DNA from: a virus
Strand: one strand, 5' to 3'
Length of the DNA stretch: 64,000 bases
Virus record (IMG/VR): IMGVR_UViG_3300008267_013251
Coordinates: 81,016-145,015 of that record
Below, in pieces: positions 20,540-32,239 of the stretch; the stretch's first letter is position 1, and every line of letters begins with the position of its first letter. Made by a program: the position numbers and the translations under genes. The notes under the pieces are model-generated. The model did not search any database and had not been told where the DNA came from. It saw nothing but the letters and a program-made list of their open reading frames with translations.

Positions 20540-20999
20540 ACCATTTAGTGGTTCTTAAGTAGAACGACCTGAATGGTATCACATATGAATTGCCATCACT
20601 AAAAATAATATGATGCTCATAGAAATCCTTCTTCAGATGAAACTCATCATAAAGCCAAACTGCCGGTTCTTCTGAAGAAAAACCCATGCCTGAAAATAAA
20701 TCAAGTTCAGGCTGATATGGCATATCGTATGAAATGTATAAAATTTGATTATCGGATTGCTTGCCAATCACAAAAAAGTATTCTTCTGTTTTATAGTTAT
20801 TTGCTCTACAGAAAACGGGGCAACCAAGAAGAGTATGATGCTCGTAGAAATATACTACATTTTCAGGCAGTCTTTCTCTGATTTCATCAAAGTTATCTTG
20901 CAAAGAATCCATTCTTTGATTCCATGTTTTTTCAAATTGATCAGTTTGGCTGTCAATATCGTTCATGGAATTAATAATATCTGCCGTTATGAATCGCAT
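20529..20999 (-). CDS. hypothetical protein
   Basis: GGGAG SD, 156 aa. Confidence 0.65.
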   Translation of the reverse strand: MRFITADIINSMNDIDSQTDQFEKTWNQRMDSLQDNFDEIRERLPENVVYFYEHHTLLGCPVFCRANNYKTEEYFFVIGKQSDNQILYISYDMPYQPELDLFSGMGFSSEEPAVWLYDEFHLKKDFYEHHIIFSDGNSYVIPFRSFYLRTTKWFDE

Positions 21000-21058
21000 T
21001 GCTTACTCCCTTTTAATTCATAATTATTATATCCTTATTTCGAGCTTATGCCATAATA

Positions 21059-21310
21059 CTAATGTCTATTTTTATAATTACGGCCTGATCGATTCTTAAG
21101 GCGATTATTTGATTTCATAAAACGACTGCCACATTTGTCACAAAGGCACTTTACACCCATTGGATTATTTGGACCTTTAGCACTATCTCCAAGATATTCA
21201 GCATGAATTAAACCGCCACAATTACACTTAACAGGATATCCCTGCCAGCATTCATCACAGCGACAATTACCTCTACTATGTTTTCCCGTGTTAATTTCCA
21301 AGATGTCCAT
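21059..21310 (-). CDS. small Cys-rich zinc-binding protein
   Basis: C.CDEC, C.CGG.IH and C.CDKCG. Confidence 0.65.
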   Translation of the reverse strand: MDILEINTGKHSRGNCRCDECWQGYPVKCNCGGLIHAEYLGDSAKGPNNPMGVKCLCDKCGSRFMKSNNRLKNRSGRNYKNRH

Positions 21311-21324
21311 CTTTCCACCATTTC

Positions 21325-21561
21325 TTATTCTTCGTCTTGGTTATCATTTTGCAAATTGTTATTTTTTTGAGAAACATCACCAAAACTGTGGTTCAACAAA
21401 ATTTTCTGATATGATAATACGAGAGAAAATGCCTCTTCTCTCGTAAATCCAGAATTCATCAATAATTCAAAATATGTACCAAGCATCGTAGCCATGGTAT
21501 TGAAACCAGTTGATGCTTGATCAAAAGAATGAATTCTCTTTAAAAAATCAGGGTCGTTCAT
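21325..21561 (-). CDS. hypothetical protein
   Basis: L..SGFTREEA pattern seen in small phage proteins. Confidence 0.65.
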   Translation of the reverse strand: MNDPDFLKRIHSFDQASTGFNTMATMLGTYFELLMNSGFTREEAFSLVLSYQKILLNHSFGDVSQKNNNLQNDNQDEE

Positions 21562-21611
21562 ATAAGCCTTTATTTGACAATAATATTATAACAATCAATC
21601 ATAAATATTGC

Positions 21612-22073
21612 ATGAAATCTTTTTATGAATTTTACACAAAGCTCACGGAAGGCAGAACATCTGGGAAAACTGGTCTATATCCTTTAGGATATGGAGGCAT
21701 AGGCAATTATCCTCCAGAATACCTTATTCCACAAAGCGCAGACGCAATTTACTATGTTTCGGCTGACGAAAGATTGCAGAAATGCTGGGAAAAAGAACCT
21801 TTCAAAATAGATCATCTTAAACCGCATCCTCTTTGGACAAAGCCACATGGTAAAAAACTATATGTTGCAGCAACTGCCAAATTACCTCCGGGAACAGTCA
21901 TTCCTCCTAAACCGTTACCCCCGGTGAAGGCAGAAAAGCCATTTAAGATAACGAAAAACAATAAACAAAAATGCATGGTTTCAGAACCAAAATGCTTGCC
22001 GGGAAATCTATCAGACAAAAAGGCAGAAAAGTTTGGCGACCCCTGTCCAAAAACATTCAAAATGCCAGATTAA
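21612..22073 (+). CDS. hypothetical protein, probable late/virion protein
   Basis: ATAAATA 4 nt upstream of ATG 21612; N-terminus MKSFYEF. Confidence 0.65.
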   Translation: MKSFYEFYTKLTEGRTSGKTGLYPLGYGGIGNYPPEYLIPQSADAIYYVSADERLQKCWEKEPFKIDHLKPHPLWTKPHGKKLYVAATAKLPPGTVIPPKPLPPVKAEKPFKITKNNKQKCMVSEPKCLPGNLSDKKAEKFGDPCPKTFKMPD

Positions 22074-22411
22074 TCAAAAGAAATCGTTTCTTTTTCAATT
22101 GGCTTATCACTTGGCTGATTGATGGACTTTATTTGTGTAATATTCTTCTTCAAAGAATCATTTTCTGCTACTAATTCAACGATTTGTTTTTTAACAGCTT
22201 TATCTTCAGGTGGATTTTTTAGGACAATCCCCATGCCAGTCATTATGCCAATAAAAAACAAGCCAACATATTTGAAGAAGGCAACTACAATCTTAACTAC
22301 AGACATCAGTCTGGCTCTTGCTCTGGATGCCGGTGTGTCTGCCTGCAAATCTTCAGACATTTTACTCCAATTGTGTTTAATGTTAGCCAAACAATTTTGG
22401 CATTTGCACAC
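22070..22411 (-). CDS. membrane protein with coiled coil
   Basis: Hydrophobic segment VVAFFKYVGLFFIGIMTGMGIVL. Confidence 0.6.
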   Translation of the reverse strand: MCKCQNCLANIKHNWSKMSEDLQADTPASRARARLMSVVKIVVAFFKYVGLFFIGIMTGMGIVLKNPPEDKAVKKQIVELVAENDSLKKNITQIKSINQPSDKPIEKETISFD

Positions 22412-22425
22412 AATGCCTCCTAAAC

Positions 22426-22803
22426 CTATATAGGAACAGCGTCATTTTTATCCACAATATTTATTTTCATTTTTTGACCCAAAAAATGACCTATATAATA
22501 ATCTTTATCTTTATATTTTGCTTTATCACCACGATATCCATGGCAAAACCCTAAAATCCATTTTGCGGATACACCCAAAGATTGCTGAAGATCATAAATT
22601 TTATTTCCAGTAAATTTATGGCTTCTGATTAATGCAATTTCCAAAAGATGACAAGATGGATTATATTGGTCTGCTAATTTATAGCATCCATCCTCAAATA
22701 CAAGCTTAAAATCGTCGCTAAAATCAATAAACAAACGATTAGCTAAATCTACTAGGCTTCGTAGCATTCGTGCCCCAAAAACGAAAATCAGAAGTGTTTG
22801 CAA
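22426..22803 (-). CDS. hypothetical protein
   Basis: 125-aa ORF. Confidence 0.6.
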   Translation of the reverse strand: MQTLLIFVFGARMLRSLVDLANRLFIDFSDDFKLVFEDGCYKLADQYNPSCHLLEIALIRSHKFTGNKIYDLQQSLGVSAKWILGFCHGYRGDKAKYKDKDYYIGHFLGQKMKINIVDKNDAVPI

Positions 22804-23534
22804 ATACCTGTCAAAACATCACAGTATATTTTTGTACGCTTGTCAAGAGGCAAACGACTAGGCAACTCCAAAGTAATATTGGGAATTTTTCTTTTTTCAA
22901 AGAAAAATTCCATCGATTTATGATGCTTAGGTTTATTAACATTTGGATTGCTGACTATGCCGTTTTTTACTGGGTCTCCATGGATTGACCCATCTTCGAT
23001 TGGCTCCAGATGTTTCTTCAATATAGAAACAGTCTTTTTCAACAAACCATCTGAAAATCCTTTGCTCGGATACAAATAAAATCCATCAACCGATTCATCT
23101 TCATGTAATGAAAGTAAAGCATTTGGGGAGAATTTCAAAATCATTTTTTTAGTTTTAGCAACAATTTTACGATCATTCGAGTCCCATTGCCTGTTCAAAT
23201 CTTTATTAGCAGAATCTCTCCGAATGTGTCGCTCAATACCATGTGGGTTCAAAACTGGTATAGATAATAAATTTATATTTTTATAATTGTTTTTATCAAG
23301 CAAAAATTTGAGTATACCGTGTGGCCCTCCCGGCTCATCTCCATGTAAACCTGAAAGTATTGCAAGTTTAGGGAAAGAATCTCCCGCTTCATGGGTACAT
23401 CTGAAAATATCATTATTTTTTGAGTCTTTGCAAAAAACTTTAAACTCACAGTTATTATCTACACAAGCTTTTTCAAACCCAAGCTTCAAGAGTTTGTATT
23501 TGTTTTTTTCTGAAAAGAATTCTAATAGGTTCAT
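22788..23534 (-). CDS. M14-family zinc carboxypeptidase (AstE/MpaA-like)
   Basis: GLHGDEP, NPHG, DLNR, SLHED and TLELP. Confidence 0.85.
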   Translation of the reverse strand: MNLLEFFSEKNKYKLLKLGFEKACVDNNCEFKVFCKDSKNNDIFRCTHEAGDSFPKLAILSGLHGDEPGGPHGILKFLLDKNNYKNINLLSIPVLNPHGIERHIRRDSANKDLNRQWDSNDRKIVAKTKKMILKFSPNALLSLHEDESVDGFYLYPSKGFSDGLLKKTVSILKKHLEPIEDGSIHGDPVKNGIVSNPNVNKPKHHKSMEFFFEKRKIPNITLELPSRLPLDKRTKIYCDVLTGICKHF

Positions 23535-23548
23535 AAATTATTTATAAG

Positions 23549-24136
23549 TCAGTTGTAGAAATAATGATGAAACCAATTACAAAAGTAATCACAATAATCT
23601 CTTTGGAAATATTTTGACCAAGAATTATGCATATCAGGAAAATTTTCTTTCATATATGCAATAAATTCTTTTTTATTCCTATGTCTGTACTCGAATGACT
23701 GCGCTTCATTTAAACTTTCAAGAAAAGAACTAGGCATTTTTGTGAAATGCACAGAAAACCACGAATCGTTGATAATCACAAAACTCTTCCAAATCAAATA
23801 ATCTGCTTCGTCAACTGTTTCCGCTATATTGTATGATTCAGCATTTTTTATATTATTTTTTAAATCATAAATCGTATCAAAAAACTTTTCCCAATCTACC
23901 TCATGATTTCTAGATGATATATCATTATTACTACTTCCGGGCTTCATTTCTACATTAGTAAATTTAAAATTATAAGTGCTCAAACTATTTCGTACATTTT
24001 CCATACTAAAGAATATAAAGTTTATAGAACTTACTTTTTTTTCGGTTTTTTGATAAGCAATAAAACCTTTTCCATGGGGAACCGGGAAATCATGGAAGCC
24101 TTTTGCTTTAGAAAGAAAATTTTGGAATGCCAACAT
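23549..24136 (-). CDS. hypothetical protein
   Basis: 195-aa coupled ORF. Confidence 0.6.
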   Translation of the reverse strand: MLAFQNFLSKAKGFHDFPVPHGKGFIAYQKTEKKVSSINFIFFSMENVRNSLSTYNFKFTNVEMKPGSSNNDISSRNHEVDWEKFFDTIYDLKNNIKNAESYNIAETVDEADYLIWKSFVIINDSWFSVHFTKMPSSFLESLNEAQSFEYRHRNKKEFIAYMKENFPDMHNSWSKYFQRDYCDYFCNWFHHYFYN

Positions 24137-24372
24137 TAAAATAAATTCCCTTGAGTCAATTGACTCTCAATCAATACTGTTGCTTCCCATTTACCAGTTT
24201 CATAGTTATAAGTAATTGGATATTCAAAATCAAACTCTTCCATATTATCAAAAGCATTACCAAGATTTTTGGTAAAATCTATTGTTTTAAAAATTATTAA
24301 ATCATTTATATGAGGATATCTTTTTTTAAAACCCTCATATGTATTCAATTTATTTGAGTCAATAATTGTCAT
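24136..24372 (-). CDS. hypothetical protein
   Basis: Stop/start coupling on both sides. Confidence 0.6.
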   Translation of the reverse strand: MTIIDSNKLNTYEGFKKRYPHINDLIIFKTIDFTKNLGNAFDNMEEFDFEYPITYNYETGKWEATVLIESQLTQGNLF

Positions 24373-24707
24373 GAATCTATATTGCCTCTAGGACGATATC
24401 CTAAAAATTCACCTAGTCTCGAAGAGTAAATTTGTTGCTGAGCAACTAAGTTGAATATTTTTTGGGAATTGTTGTTTTCAAGTTCAACCATTTTTTCAAG
24501 AGTGTTTTCAGTCCAAGTTTGCATGTTCTGATGTTGTTCACTATTATTATCAAATGTTTTTGTGAGGTAATTCATCACAAGCTTCATAGCCTCTGCATGA
24601 TCTTGAGCATAGGCACGGGTTCTGTAAAAAATAAATATACAAAACATAAGATTAAAGCACAACAACACAGTTAAAACAATAAAAAAAATAAGATTAATAT
24701 TTTCCAT
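24369..24707 (-). CDS. membrane-anchored hypothetical protein
   Basis: N-terminal transmembrane segment. Confidence 0.65.
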   Translation of the reverse strand: MENINLIFFIVLTVLLCFNLMFCIFIFYRTRAYAQDHAEAMKLVMNYLTKTFDNNSEQHQNMQTWTENTLEKMVELENNNSQKIFNLVAQQQIYSSRLGEFLGYRPRGNIDS

Positions 24708-24736
24708 AATCTATTTTATGTTGCACGGAATATTAA

Positions 24737-25687
24737 TCAAGTAGCTGGTGCTGATGTGATATTCAATATTCCATTTTGTTTCCAACCAACAGAGTTAAAC
24801 AACTCAATTCTATCATCTATGAAGACATTAGGTAAATTTGTTGTTCTGTTTGCTAAACAAGTAGCAGTTTGAATATTCACAAGCAAGCTAAATTCAACCG
24901 AATTAGCAACATATGAAGGGCAGAATATATTTTGTGGCATCCAAACTTGTACATTTGTATTAAGAGCAGCATCTGTGCCAAGATATCTCTTAATAAGTAT
25001 ATTCAATGTCCATATAAACTCTTGATTAAAGTTATCTAAATCATTATTACAATTTATATTAACTATTATTGTCCATTTTTCTGTTGTGCTGCCATCTGCG
25101 TTTCTTCCTTGAAGGTGCGTAGTATGAATGAAATTACCTGATGCTTGATCGTAATAACATGTCAAATTAGGATTGAACGCAATATTGCTGCGTTGACAAA
25201 AACTCGTCAATGCAGAACTTGTATTGAGGTTTGTTTGCAAAGTGAACTTCAAAGGCAAGTTCTTGCAGCCACATTGAGCAATAGATGATGTAGTACTGAG
25301 TGGGTTCAATGCCTGACCGCTGGTGGGAGTGAAGTATGGAACAAAATAGAATATATCACCTATAAATGTACTCGATTGTTCTTGCTCTCCCAAATATGCT
25401 GGCAAATAGGCAGAACCAGATATAAGCATCCCACCAGAACCTGTATAGTATGTTGTTTTTGCTACATCGACTGTTGTAACAGTAGCAACACCACTAACAA
25501 TTGGGCCTCCAAGTATGTTATATAAAGTATATGGAGCATATGGGCTTGCAGATAATAGAGAATATGTACCTATATCAATATCGCCAACGCTTCCTGTATA
25601 AGATGTTATATCTGTGCTGTAAGATAAAAGATATGTTATTGAAGACAAGCCGATTGTTGAGCCTCCAGTAAAATAGCCTTTATAACC
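24737..25687 (-). CDS. C-terminal part of the giant fibre-like protein (frameshifted continuation)
   Basis: Frame open from 25687 reads [26 protein letters not shown], the same repeat as the upstream ORF; also shares the Y.GSG.L...GSA motif. Confidence 0.65.
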   Translation of the reverse strand, partial: GYKGYFTGGSTIGLSSITYLLSYSTDITSYTGSVGDIDIGTYSLLSASPYAPYTLYNILGGPIVSGVATVTTVDVAKTTYYTGSGGMLISGSAYLPAYLGEQEQSSTFIGDIFYFVPYFTPTSGQALNPLSTTSSIAQCGCKNLPLKFTLQTNLNTSSALTSFCQRSNIAFNPNLTCYYDQASGNFIHTTHLQGRNADGSTTEKWTIIVNINCNNDLDNFNQEFIWTLNILIKRYLGTDAALNTNVQVWMPQNIFCPSYVANSVEFSLLVNIQTATCLANRTTNLPNVFIDDRIELFNSVGWKQNGILNITSAPAT

Positions 25688-28600
25688 TCAGTACCGTAAT
25701 TTAATTTTTCAGTTGATGCAATAAAACCACTTGCACCTTGGCCTGCTGTCATATAGCCAACAAAGAAATTACCATGACAAGAAGCTGAAAAAGCCCTTGG
25801 TATTTTCAAATCTGCTGATGTAACACCACCAACAGTTTCTACACTATATGTAATTTTATCTGTTGTAACATATACTGAAAACAACCCTGTATATCCTGCC
25901 GAAAAATATCCTCTCGCATCGTTGCCGTCTAGACTGCATATGCCATAACGAGCAGGGCTAGACAAATTAGCGCCAGCAAGAGATGCTATCCCATCTGTTG
26001 TGTAATTTATTCTTTCAAAAGATGAGAATATTGTTGATCCAGCGATGTCCAAACCGCCAGCTATATACCCAAAAGAACTTCCTTGAGATACTGCTCCCGG
26101 TCCAAATCTACTTGTCAACATATTACTAGAATTTGCAGAAAAAGTTCCAGTTGAATATAGTATTTTGTCTGCTCTGTTTGATGATATTGATACACCACCA
26201 ATACCACCTAACATATATCCTTTAGTTTGGTTGCCCGTGCAGCCTACACCACCATATCTAGCTTGTGACAAAGAATTAGATGTATATGCGTCCATCACAT
26301 TTGTTGCGTATATTATTTTATAAATACTGGATACTTGTGTTGTGTTATAGTTTGATCCAGTCGATCCCCCTGCAAAGTAACCTGCCGTTGCACCACTACC
26401 CGGATTTATTTTCGGATAATGCAAATAATCTCCATATATGCTGCCAAGATAATTTGCAGAACCGAAAACGATCAAGGAGCCGGAACCTACATATTCAGAA
26501 TTTTCAAGTATAGCAGTACCAACTAAAGATATATTTTCAACTATGTCATACGCAAGGCAGTAGTCGGCACATTCACTATCAAAACAAAACGGAGTCTCTT
26601 CCAACTGAGGACAAGATTCATTTAAAATTCCTTGCTCTATCAAATACTGTTCATCATTTTTATAGACTGGTTTTGTGAACTTTTGGAACTTCTTAATTGG
26701 CCAATTCCAGTTTTGTTTTTTCAATTGTTCGCAAGCCTCACGGGGACTTCTCGCAATCAAGGTTACAATAGACCTTTTCCTACATTCGGGAGATTCTTCA
26801 TTGAATGGACCATTACAGTTAGTTAAGTCTAAGCACTCTCCTTCGATTCTATAACCATAATAAATTTCTTGTGCAATACTGTAAAATATAGGCAGGGAAA
26901 CATTTATAACTGCTAATACTTTATAAGTTATCGGCAAAGAAAGTGTAAAGCTATAATTATTATAAGTGCCACCTAAAGTCACTCCACCTGAAGATGTATA
27001 TGCATATGAATTACATGAAAAAGTTGCAGAGCCATATATTATTATTGTTCCCTGTGTGTCTATATTTGTATTAATTATGAATTGAGCATTTCCAGAAATT
27101 AATATGTTGCCTTGTGATAAGTATATTGGTTGCGGAACTGTGATCTGAGAAACCGCAGCCAAAGCATATCTTGCTTGAGACAAAACAACAGGCGATAAAG
27201 ATGAAATTACATCTGTGGAAAATATAATTTTATCAATTACATCCGAAATAGTAGAAGAACTCCTTCCTCCACCTATAAAACCTTTTGCGTTAGAGTATCC
27301 ACCTTTGGTTAAATTAACCCCAGCCAACGCATATCTTCCAGAACTAAGCACATTTGTCAGAGCAGATGTTGTGTCAACAGCAAAAGCTATGGTATCAACG
27401 GAATCATAATTTTCTCCAATCCCACCTAAAAAGTAACCCTTATCGAATCTGTTTCCTATACCAGTTAAATATCTCTTGCCATCTGTCAAGCTTGCTGATT
27501 CAGTATTTCTACTTATTTCAGTAGTATAGTAGAATATTTCTGTCAACCTTGTGCCGAAGCCTGCTTCAATGCTGCCTCCACCAACATATCCCTTGTAACT
27601 ATTTCCATCTATCGTACCCATGGCATTTCTTGCTGTCTCCAAGTTCGCACTTGTCAACGCAAGTTTTGTTTCTGTGGCAAACAATACTTTGATAGTATTT
27701 TCTGTTTCACTACCTGTGAAACCGCCAACGAAGTAACCTTTAGATATACCTTGTGATATTCCACCTAGTGTGTCAGTAACAGTATCTAAATCCAAACTTG
27801 TCACTAAATCAACTACATCTGTAGAATATGTGAGCCTTTCTGTAGAAAGAATGTAAGCACCAGTATTGCCACCAGAAAAGTAACCAACCGTTATGTTTTC
27901 TGATAAACCCGCTTGTTTTTCTCTGGCAACATTAAATGCTGCTGTCGTACTTACCAAAGCCTCAGTCGTATAATCTATTTTATCAAAAGTTGACACTACG
28001 GTTCCGGCGACCGAACTTCCTCCAGCAAAGTACCCATAATCTCCATCTCCAATTAGAGGTGGAAAATCAAATTCAACAAAAACCCTGCTCACAGCTGAGA
28101 GGCCTGCCCTTGGCTGATCAAGAGCTTGATCTGATAGTAGCGATAAGGCATTAGTAGCAAAATCAAGTCTATATGTAGTGTCAACTATCGTGTTTTCTTG
28201 ATTTCCTCCTGAAAAATAACCTCTACTGTAATAATCCGATGCGCCAGCAGAACTTGATACTCTTTGCTGTAAATTTACAGTAGTCAAAAGACTTGTTACT
28301 TGTGTATTATAATTTACCTCATAAATCCTATTAGACAAAATTGCAGCGCCTGTGTCTCCACCAGCAAGATATCCTTTATTGTTGTTTCCATCTATGCTTA
28401 TCATAGCGGATGTGGCAATTTCAATCTTTGCCGTGGTAACAGCATTTAGCGTATCGTTCGAGTAATTCAAAAACTCTGCTGTTTGCAGCATGGTCCCGCT
28501 ACTGTAACCACCTATAAAATATCCGTCCAACCAAGCGTGAGATACTGATCCCATGTATCTTTTTTGTTCGGATAATACAGGAGATGTAAGAGAATTAGTT

Positions 28601-31600
28601 GTGTCAATTGAATAGTCTATCTTATCAAAAGTATCTACCTGAGCAGAGGAATAGCCTCCAGCGTAATAGCCGTATGCGCTGTTGCCATGCAAAGATGCCA
28701 TTCCCGATCTTATAGTAGATAAATCTGCTGTAGTGACAGCAGCAATAGTATCATCTGCATATGCGATGCGATCTGTTGTATTTACAGATGCTCCTGTGTA
28801 GCCTCCTGAAATATATCCTTTAGAATAGGAGTTTGTAGTGCCCGCTGAGTAAACCCTTGCCTGCGACAGGGTGGCCACAACAGCCGACATAGTTTCTGTG
28901 TAGTAGAGCATCCTGTCTACTTTGTTACTAGCTGATGTCTGTATTCCACCTGCGAAATAAGCAGAAGCTCCAAATGTGTTTATAGGACTAGGAACTGGAC
29001 TAGGTTCAGGTGCTGGCGCTGGGCTCGGAGATGGTGATGGGCTCGGAGACGGTGATGGGCTCGGAGATGGTGATGGGCTCGGAGATGGTGATGGGCTCGG
29101 AGATGGCGATGGGCTCGGAGACGGTGTTGGGCTCGGAGACGGTGTAGGTGTGGGTGTCGGTGTCGGGACGGGCACAGGAGTCGGAGGAGTACCATATAAA
29201 GCTAAAAATCCGTTCTGAAAAGTACTAATTTCAGTCCATTGAGTAGTAATGTCTGCAACAGTATTGACAGGGGAAGTATATTGTAACTGATTGTCTGTTC
29301 CCAAAGCACCGTAATATCCACTTCCCCAAACCCAAAGAGAGCCATCAGACTTTATAGCGCAAGCATTTGAAGAATTGACTCCATATTTTACTTGCACCCA
29401 TGTATTACCTCCGATGTATGTTTGAACTGGCGATGATTTACTTGAAGTAGTACCATCACCCAAAACACCGCTTGCCCCAGCCCCCCAACAAAATAATTGT
29501 CCATTATTTCTAATAGCTGCCGTATTTGAAAAACCACAAGACACATAGACCCATTGCTCACCTGCGACCAACAAGTCTGGAATAATTCTGTCTGCTGTGT
29601 CGTTTAATCCAAGCTGACCTTGGTCATTTCTTCCCCAAACATATAATTCATTCGAAGGATAAGCAATCGCAGCAGCATGATAGTAGCCACACGAAACTTG
29701 GCTCCATTGTGAATTTGTTGCTTCTTGCACAGGAGAACTCTGACTTACTCCATGACCACTAGGCAGAAGGATACCATTGCCTAATTGCCCCCAGTAATTA
29801 TCTCCCCAGAGCCAAAGACTTTTGTCACTAGCTTTTATTGCAGCTGTAAAATTTGCTCCAGCTGAAACAAATTTCCAATCATATGAAGTATCTAAAAGAC
29901 TCGGACTTAATACATTTGTTGTATATCCATTTCCACATTGTCCGAAATAATTGTAGCCCCATGTCCACAAAGACTGATCGTTCCCTATTCCAGTAGTATG
30001 AAATCCACCACAAGATATCATACTCCAATTAGAAGCGCCAGTAGTTACATTGACAGGACTATTAACAAAAGGACCGAAATTACCACCTAACTGACGAGAA
30101 CCATTTGCTCCCCACATCCACAACTTATCGTAGGAATCTATTGCTCCAGCATGTAAGTTGCCAGAAGATATACCTTTCCATGATGATCCCGCTGCTATAT
30201 TTTGAACAGGGGAACTTCTACTAACTATTGTTCCATCACCTAAAGTTCCATTTTGATTGTAACCAGAACCCCAAATATTACTTCCTTCTGTCGGGGTCGG
30301 AGTAGGAGTCGGAGATGGAGAAGGTGTTGGCAAGGGCAAAATGCCCAAGCCTGCTGAACCATAGGCATTTCCAGAAACTTTAAACCATTGATTGCCACCA
30401 GCAATAGTCTCGACAGGAGAGTCATAAGAAACATTATTATTTGTTCCAAGCTGCCCAAAATTATTTTGACCCCAATTCCAGAGACTATTATCAGTCTTCA
30501 AGGCTCCAGTCCAATTGCTGCCAGCATCAACAGCAGTCCAGTTATATCCTCCCGCTTGGGTCTGTACCGGAGAACTAAAAGCTAATGTAGAGCCAGTATA
30601 ATTAACCCCACACGCTCCATAAATGTTACTTCCCCAACACCATAGTTGTCCTGTTCGGGTAATTGCAGCTAAGTGTGCATCTCCAGCAGCAATAGTACTC
30701 CAAGGCCCAGTCAAAATAGCCACATTTATTGGTGAACTTTTACTAACAACAGAATCATCTCCAAGTTGACCTATGTAGTTGTATCCCCAAGTGTAAAGAG
30801 TGCCGTCTGTCTTAAGAGCAGCACTAAACCTATCTCCAGCTGCAACATATTGCCAATCTGTATCTATGCCAATTTGAACAGGGCTGCTTCTATTCGTGGT
30901 TGTCGAATCACCAAGGGCTCCAAATTCATTGATTCCCCATGCCCATAATTTACCAAAGACATCAACAGCCAAAGTGTGATTTTTGCCAACTGAAACATCA
31001 GCAATATCAACTTTTGTTGAAGAAAGTAAATTTACTGGATTTGTATTATTTCTACCGCATTCACCAAATGTATTGTTACCAGCCATGTAAAGAATGGCTG
31101 TGTTTGAAATAGCAGCAAAATTCGTATCCCCAGCTGATATTTTATTGAATTTCAAGCCACCAAGCTGAATTGGAATAGAAGAGTTTGTAGGACCAAGTGC
31201 GCTATAACCATAAACTGGATATCCCCACCCATACAGGTATCTGTTGGAATCAAGAGCAATTTTGTATGAGTTTCCTACATCTACATCAACCCAATCTTGT
31301 ATGAGTCCTCCAACCTGTACTGGTGAGCTTCTTGCAATTACGCCCGAAGCTGCGCTAGTATTATCTCCAAGCTCTCCATTTAAATTTGTTCCCCAAGTAT
31401 AAATCTGATATGTTGGTGTTGGTTCTGGTGGTGCGGGAGTTGATTCTGGCTCAGGGGCTGGTGTTGGTGTTGGTACTGGAACAGGTGCGGGCACAGGTGA
31501 GGGAGATGGACTAGGTGATGGAGAAGGGCATGTGTAAATTGTTCCAATTACACCAACTCCAATTCGATATCCCGGTGGCACCTCTCGCAACATACTGCTG

Positions 31601-32136
31601 TATGTTACCCGTAATTTTCGTGTTTCCTCATTGAAAAAAATCGGAGGGTCACCAAATTTCTCACGATTGCGTCTTAATGTTTCTCCCCTTTCAGGTTCAG
31701 GCACTCTTTGACATAAAAGTTGCCCTAAAAGCCAACCTTCGCAAACCTTGGTTCCTTCTTCTGTCCATATTGGATACCCACCTGACTGAGTTGGCTCCAA
31801 CCTACTTACTCTCAATAAGGAAGTAGTTCCCCCTCGACACGATGGATAAGGCTCTAATCCCTCAAGATTGCATTCTCTTGGACCAATCTCGTATAACTGA
31901 ATACATCCACAACAATTATTGTCAAAAGTTATGTCAAAACCTACACTCGTTGCATCATCACCTAATGGAAATATTTCCCATAGTTCACGGGTACCGCTGG
32001 GCACAATGTTAAGACTGGAACACGCCGGTTCATTAATAAGAGTTTCTGGATTAGGGCTATAATTTGGATTCAGTTGTGCCCGAAAAGTACGGACTTCATT
32101 AAAGAATTCTCCAAAATAAAAACCATTGCAAGCCAT
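25636..32136 (-). CDS. giant fibre/adhesin-like protein: two RCC1-repeat blocks, Pro/Ser/Thr linkers, kelch-like GYF.GG repeats
   Basis: Repeated LW.WG.N..GQLG....SSPVQ units and ~46-aa GYFAGG...D.I.Y.T units. Confidence 0.85.
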   Translation of the reverse strand: MACNGFYFGEFFNEVRTFRAQLNPNYSPNPETLINEPACSSLNIVPSGTRELWEIFPLGDDATSVGFDITFDNNCCGCIQLYEIGPRECNLEGLEPYPSCRGGTTSLLRVSRLEPTQSGGYPIWTEEGTKVCEGWLLGQLLCQRVPEPERGETLRRNREKFGDPPIFFNEETRKLRVTYSSMLREVPPGYRIGVGVIGTIYTCPSPSPSPSPSPVPAPVPVPTPTPAPEPESTPAPPEPTPTYQIYTWGTNLNGELGDNTSAASGVIARSSPVQVGGLIQDWVDVDVGNSYKIALDSNRYLYGWGYPVYGYSALGPTNSSIPIQLGGLKFNKISAGDTNFAAISNTAILYMAGNNTFGECGRNNTNPVNLLSSTKVDIADVSVGKNHTLAVDVFGKLWAWGINEFGALGDSTTTNRSSPVQIGIDTDWQYVAAGDRFSAALKTDGTLYTWGYNYIGQLGDDSVVSKSSPINVAILTGPWSTIAAGDAHLAAITRTGQLWCWGSNIYGACGVNYTGSTLAFSSPVQTQAGGYNWTAVDAGSNWTGALKTDNSLWNWGQNNFGQLGTNNNVSYDSPVETIAGGNQWFKVSGNAYGSAGLGILPLPTPSPSPTPTPTPTEGSNIWGSGYNQNGTLGDGTIVSRSSPVQNIAAGSSWKGISSGNLHAGAIDSYDKLWMWGANGSRQLGGNFGPFVNSPVNVTTGASNWSMISCGGFHTTGIGNDQSLWTWGYNYFGQCGNGYTTNVLSPSLLDTSYDWKFVSAGANFTAAIKASDKSLWLWGDNYWGQLGNGILLPSGHGVSQSSPVQEATNSQWSQVSCGYYHAAAIAYPSNELYVWGRNDQGQLGLNDTADRIIPDLLVAGEQWVYVSCGFSNTAAIRNNGQLFCWGAGASGVLGDGTTSSKSSPVQTYIGGNTWVQVKYGVNSSNACAIKSDGSLWVWGSGYYGALGTDNQLQYTSPVNTVADITTQWTEISTFQNGFLALYGTPPTPVPVPTPTPTPTPSPSPTPSPSPSPSPSPSPSPSPSPSPSPSPSPSPSPSPSPAPAPEPSPVPSPINTFGASAYFAGGIQTSASNKVDRMLYYTETMSAVVATLSQARVYSAGTTNSYSKGYISGGYTGASVNTTDRIAYADDTIAAVTTADLSTIRSGMASLHGNSAYGYYAGGYSSAQVDTFDKIDYSIDTTNSLTSPVLSEQKRYMGSVSHAWLDGYFIGGYSSGTMLQTAEFLNYSNDTLNAVTTAKIEIATSAMISIDGNNNKGYLAGGDTGAAILSNRIYEVNYNTQVTSLLTTVNLQQRVSSSAGASDYYSRGYFSGGNQENTIVDTTYRLDFATNALSLLSDQALDQPRAGLSAVSRVFVEFDFPPLIGDGDYGYFAGGSSVAGTVVSTFDKIDYTTEALVSTTAAFNVAREKQAGLSENITVGYFSGGNTGAYILSTERLTYSTDVVDLVTSLDLDTVTDTLGGISQGISKGYFVGGFTGSETENTIKVLFATETKLALTSANLETARNAMGTIDGNSYKGYVGGGSIEAGFGTRLTEIFYYTTEISRNTESASLTDGKRYLTGIGNRFDKGYFLGGIGENYDSVDTIAFAVDTTSALTNVLSSGRYALAGVNLTKGGYSNAKGFIGGGRSSSTISDVIDKIIFSTDVISSLSPVVLSQARYALAAVSQITVPQPIYLSQGNILISGNAQFIINTNIDTQGTIIIYGSATFSCNSYAYTSSGGVTLGGTYNNYSFTLSLPITYKVLAVINVSLPIFYSIAQEIYYGYRIEGECLDLTNCNGPFNEESPECRKRSIVTLIARSPREACEQLKKQNWNWPIKKFQKFTKPVYKNDEQYLIEQGILNESCPQLEETPFCFDSECADYCLAYDIVENISLVGTAILENSEYVGSGSLIVFGSANYLGSIYGDYLHYPKINPGSGATAGYFAGGSTGSNYNTTQVSSIYKIIYATNVMDAYTSNSLSQARYGGVGCTGNQTKGYMLGGIGGVSISSNRADKILYSTGTFSANSSNMLTSRFGPGAVSQGSSFGYIAGGLDIAGSTIFSSFERINYTTDGIASLAGANLSSPARYGICSLDGNDARGYFSAGYTGLFSVYVTTDKITYSVETVGGVTSADLKIPRAFSASCHGNFFVGYMTAGQGASGFIASTEKLNYGTEVIKAILLEAQQSACLQ
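29021..29190. repeat. 18-bp tandem repeat GGGCTCGGAGA(T/C)GGTGAT encoding a (Ser-Pro)n/(Thr-Pro)n linker
   Basis: About 7 near-identical units followed by PT codons. Confidence 0.9.
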
Positions 32137-32239
32137 TTTTTCTCCAATAAACCTCTTATACTATTAACTTTTCATAAATCAAAAACTCACATAATTTTTG
32201 AAATTATTTCCCAATCCAATTTTTTACCAACGCCAAATC

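Noticed and set aside
28976-29218. GDGDGL-repeat ORF on the plus strand, or a CRISPR-like array
   Set aside because: It is the antisense reading of the (SP)n linker; the tandem units have no spacers.
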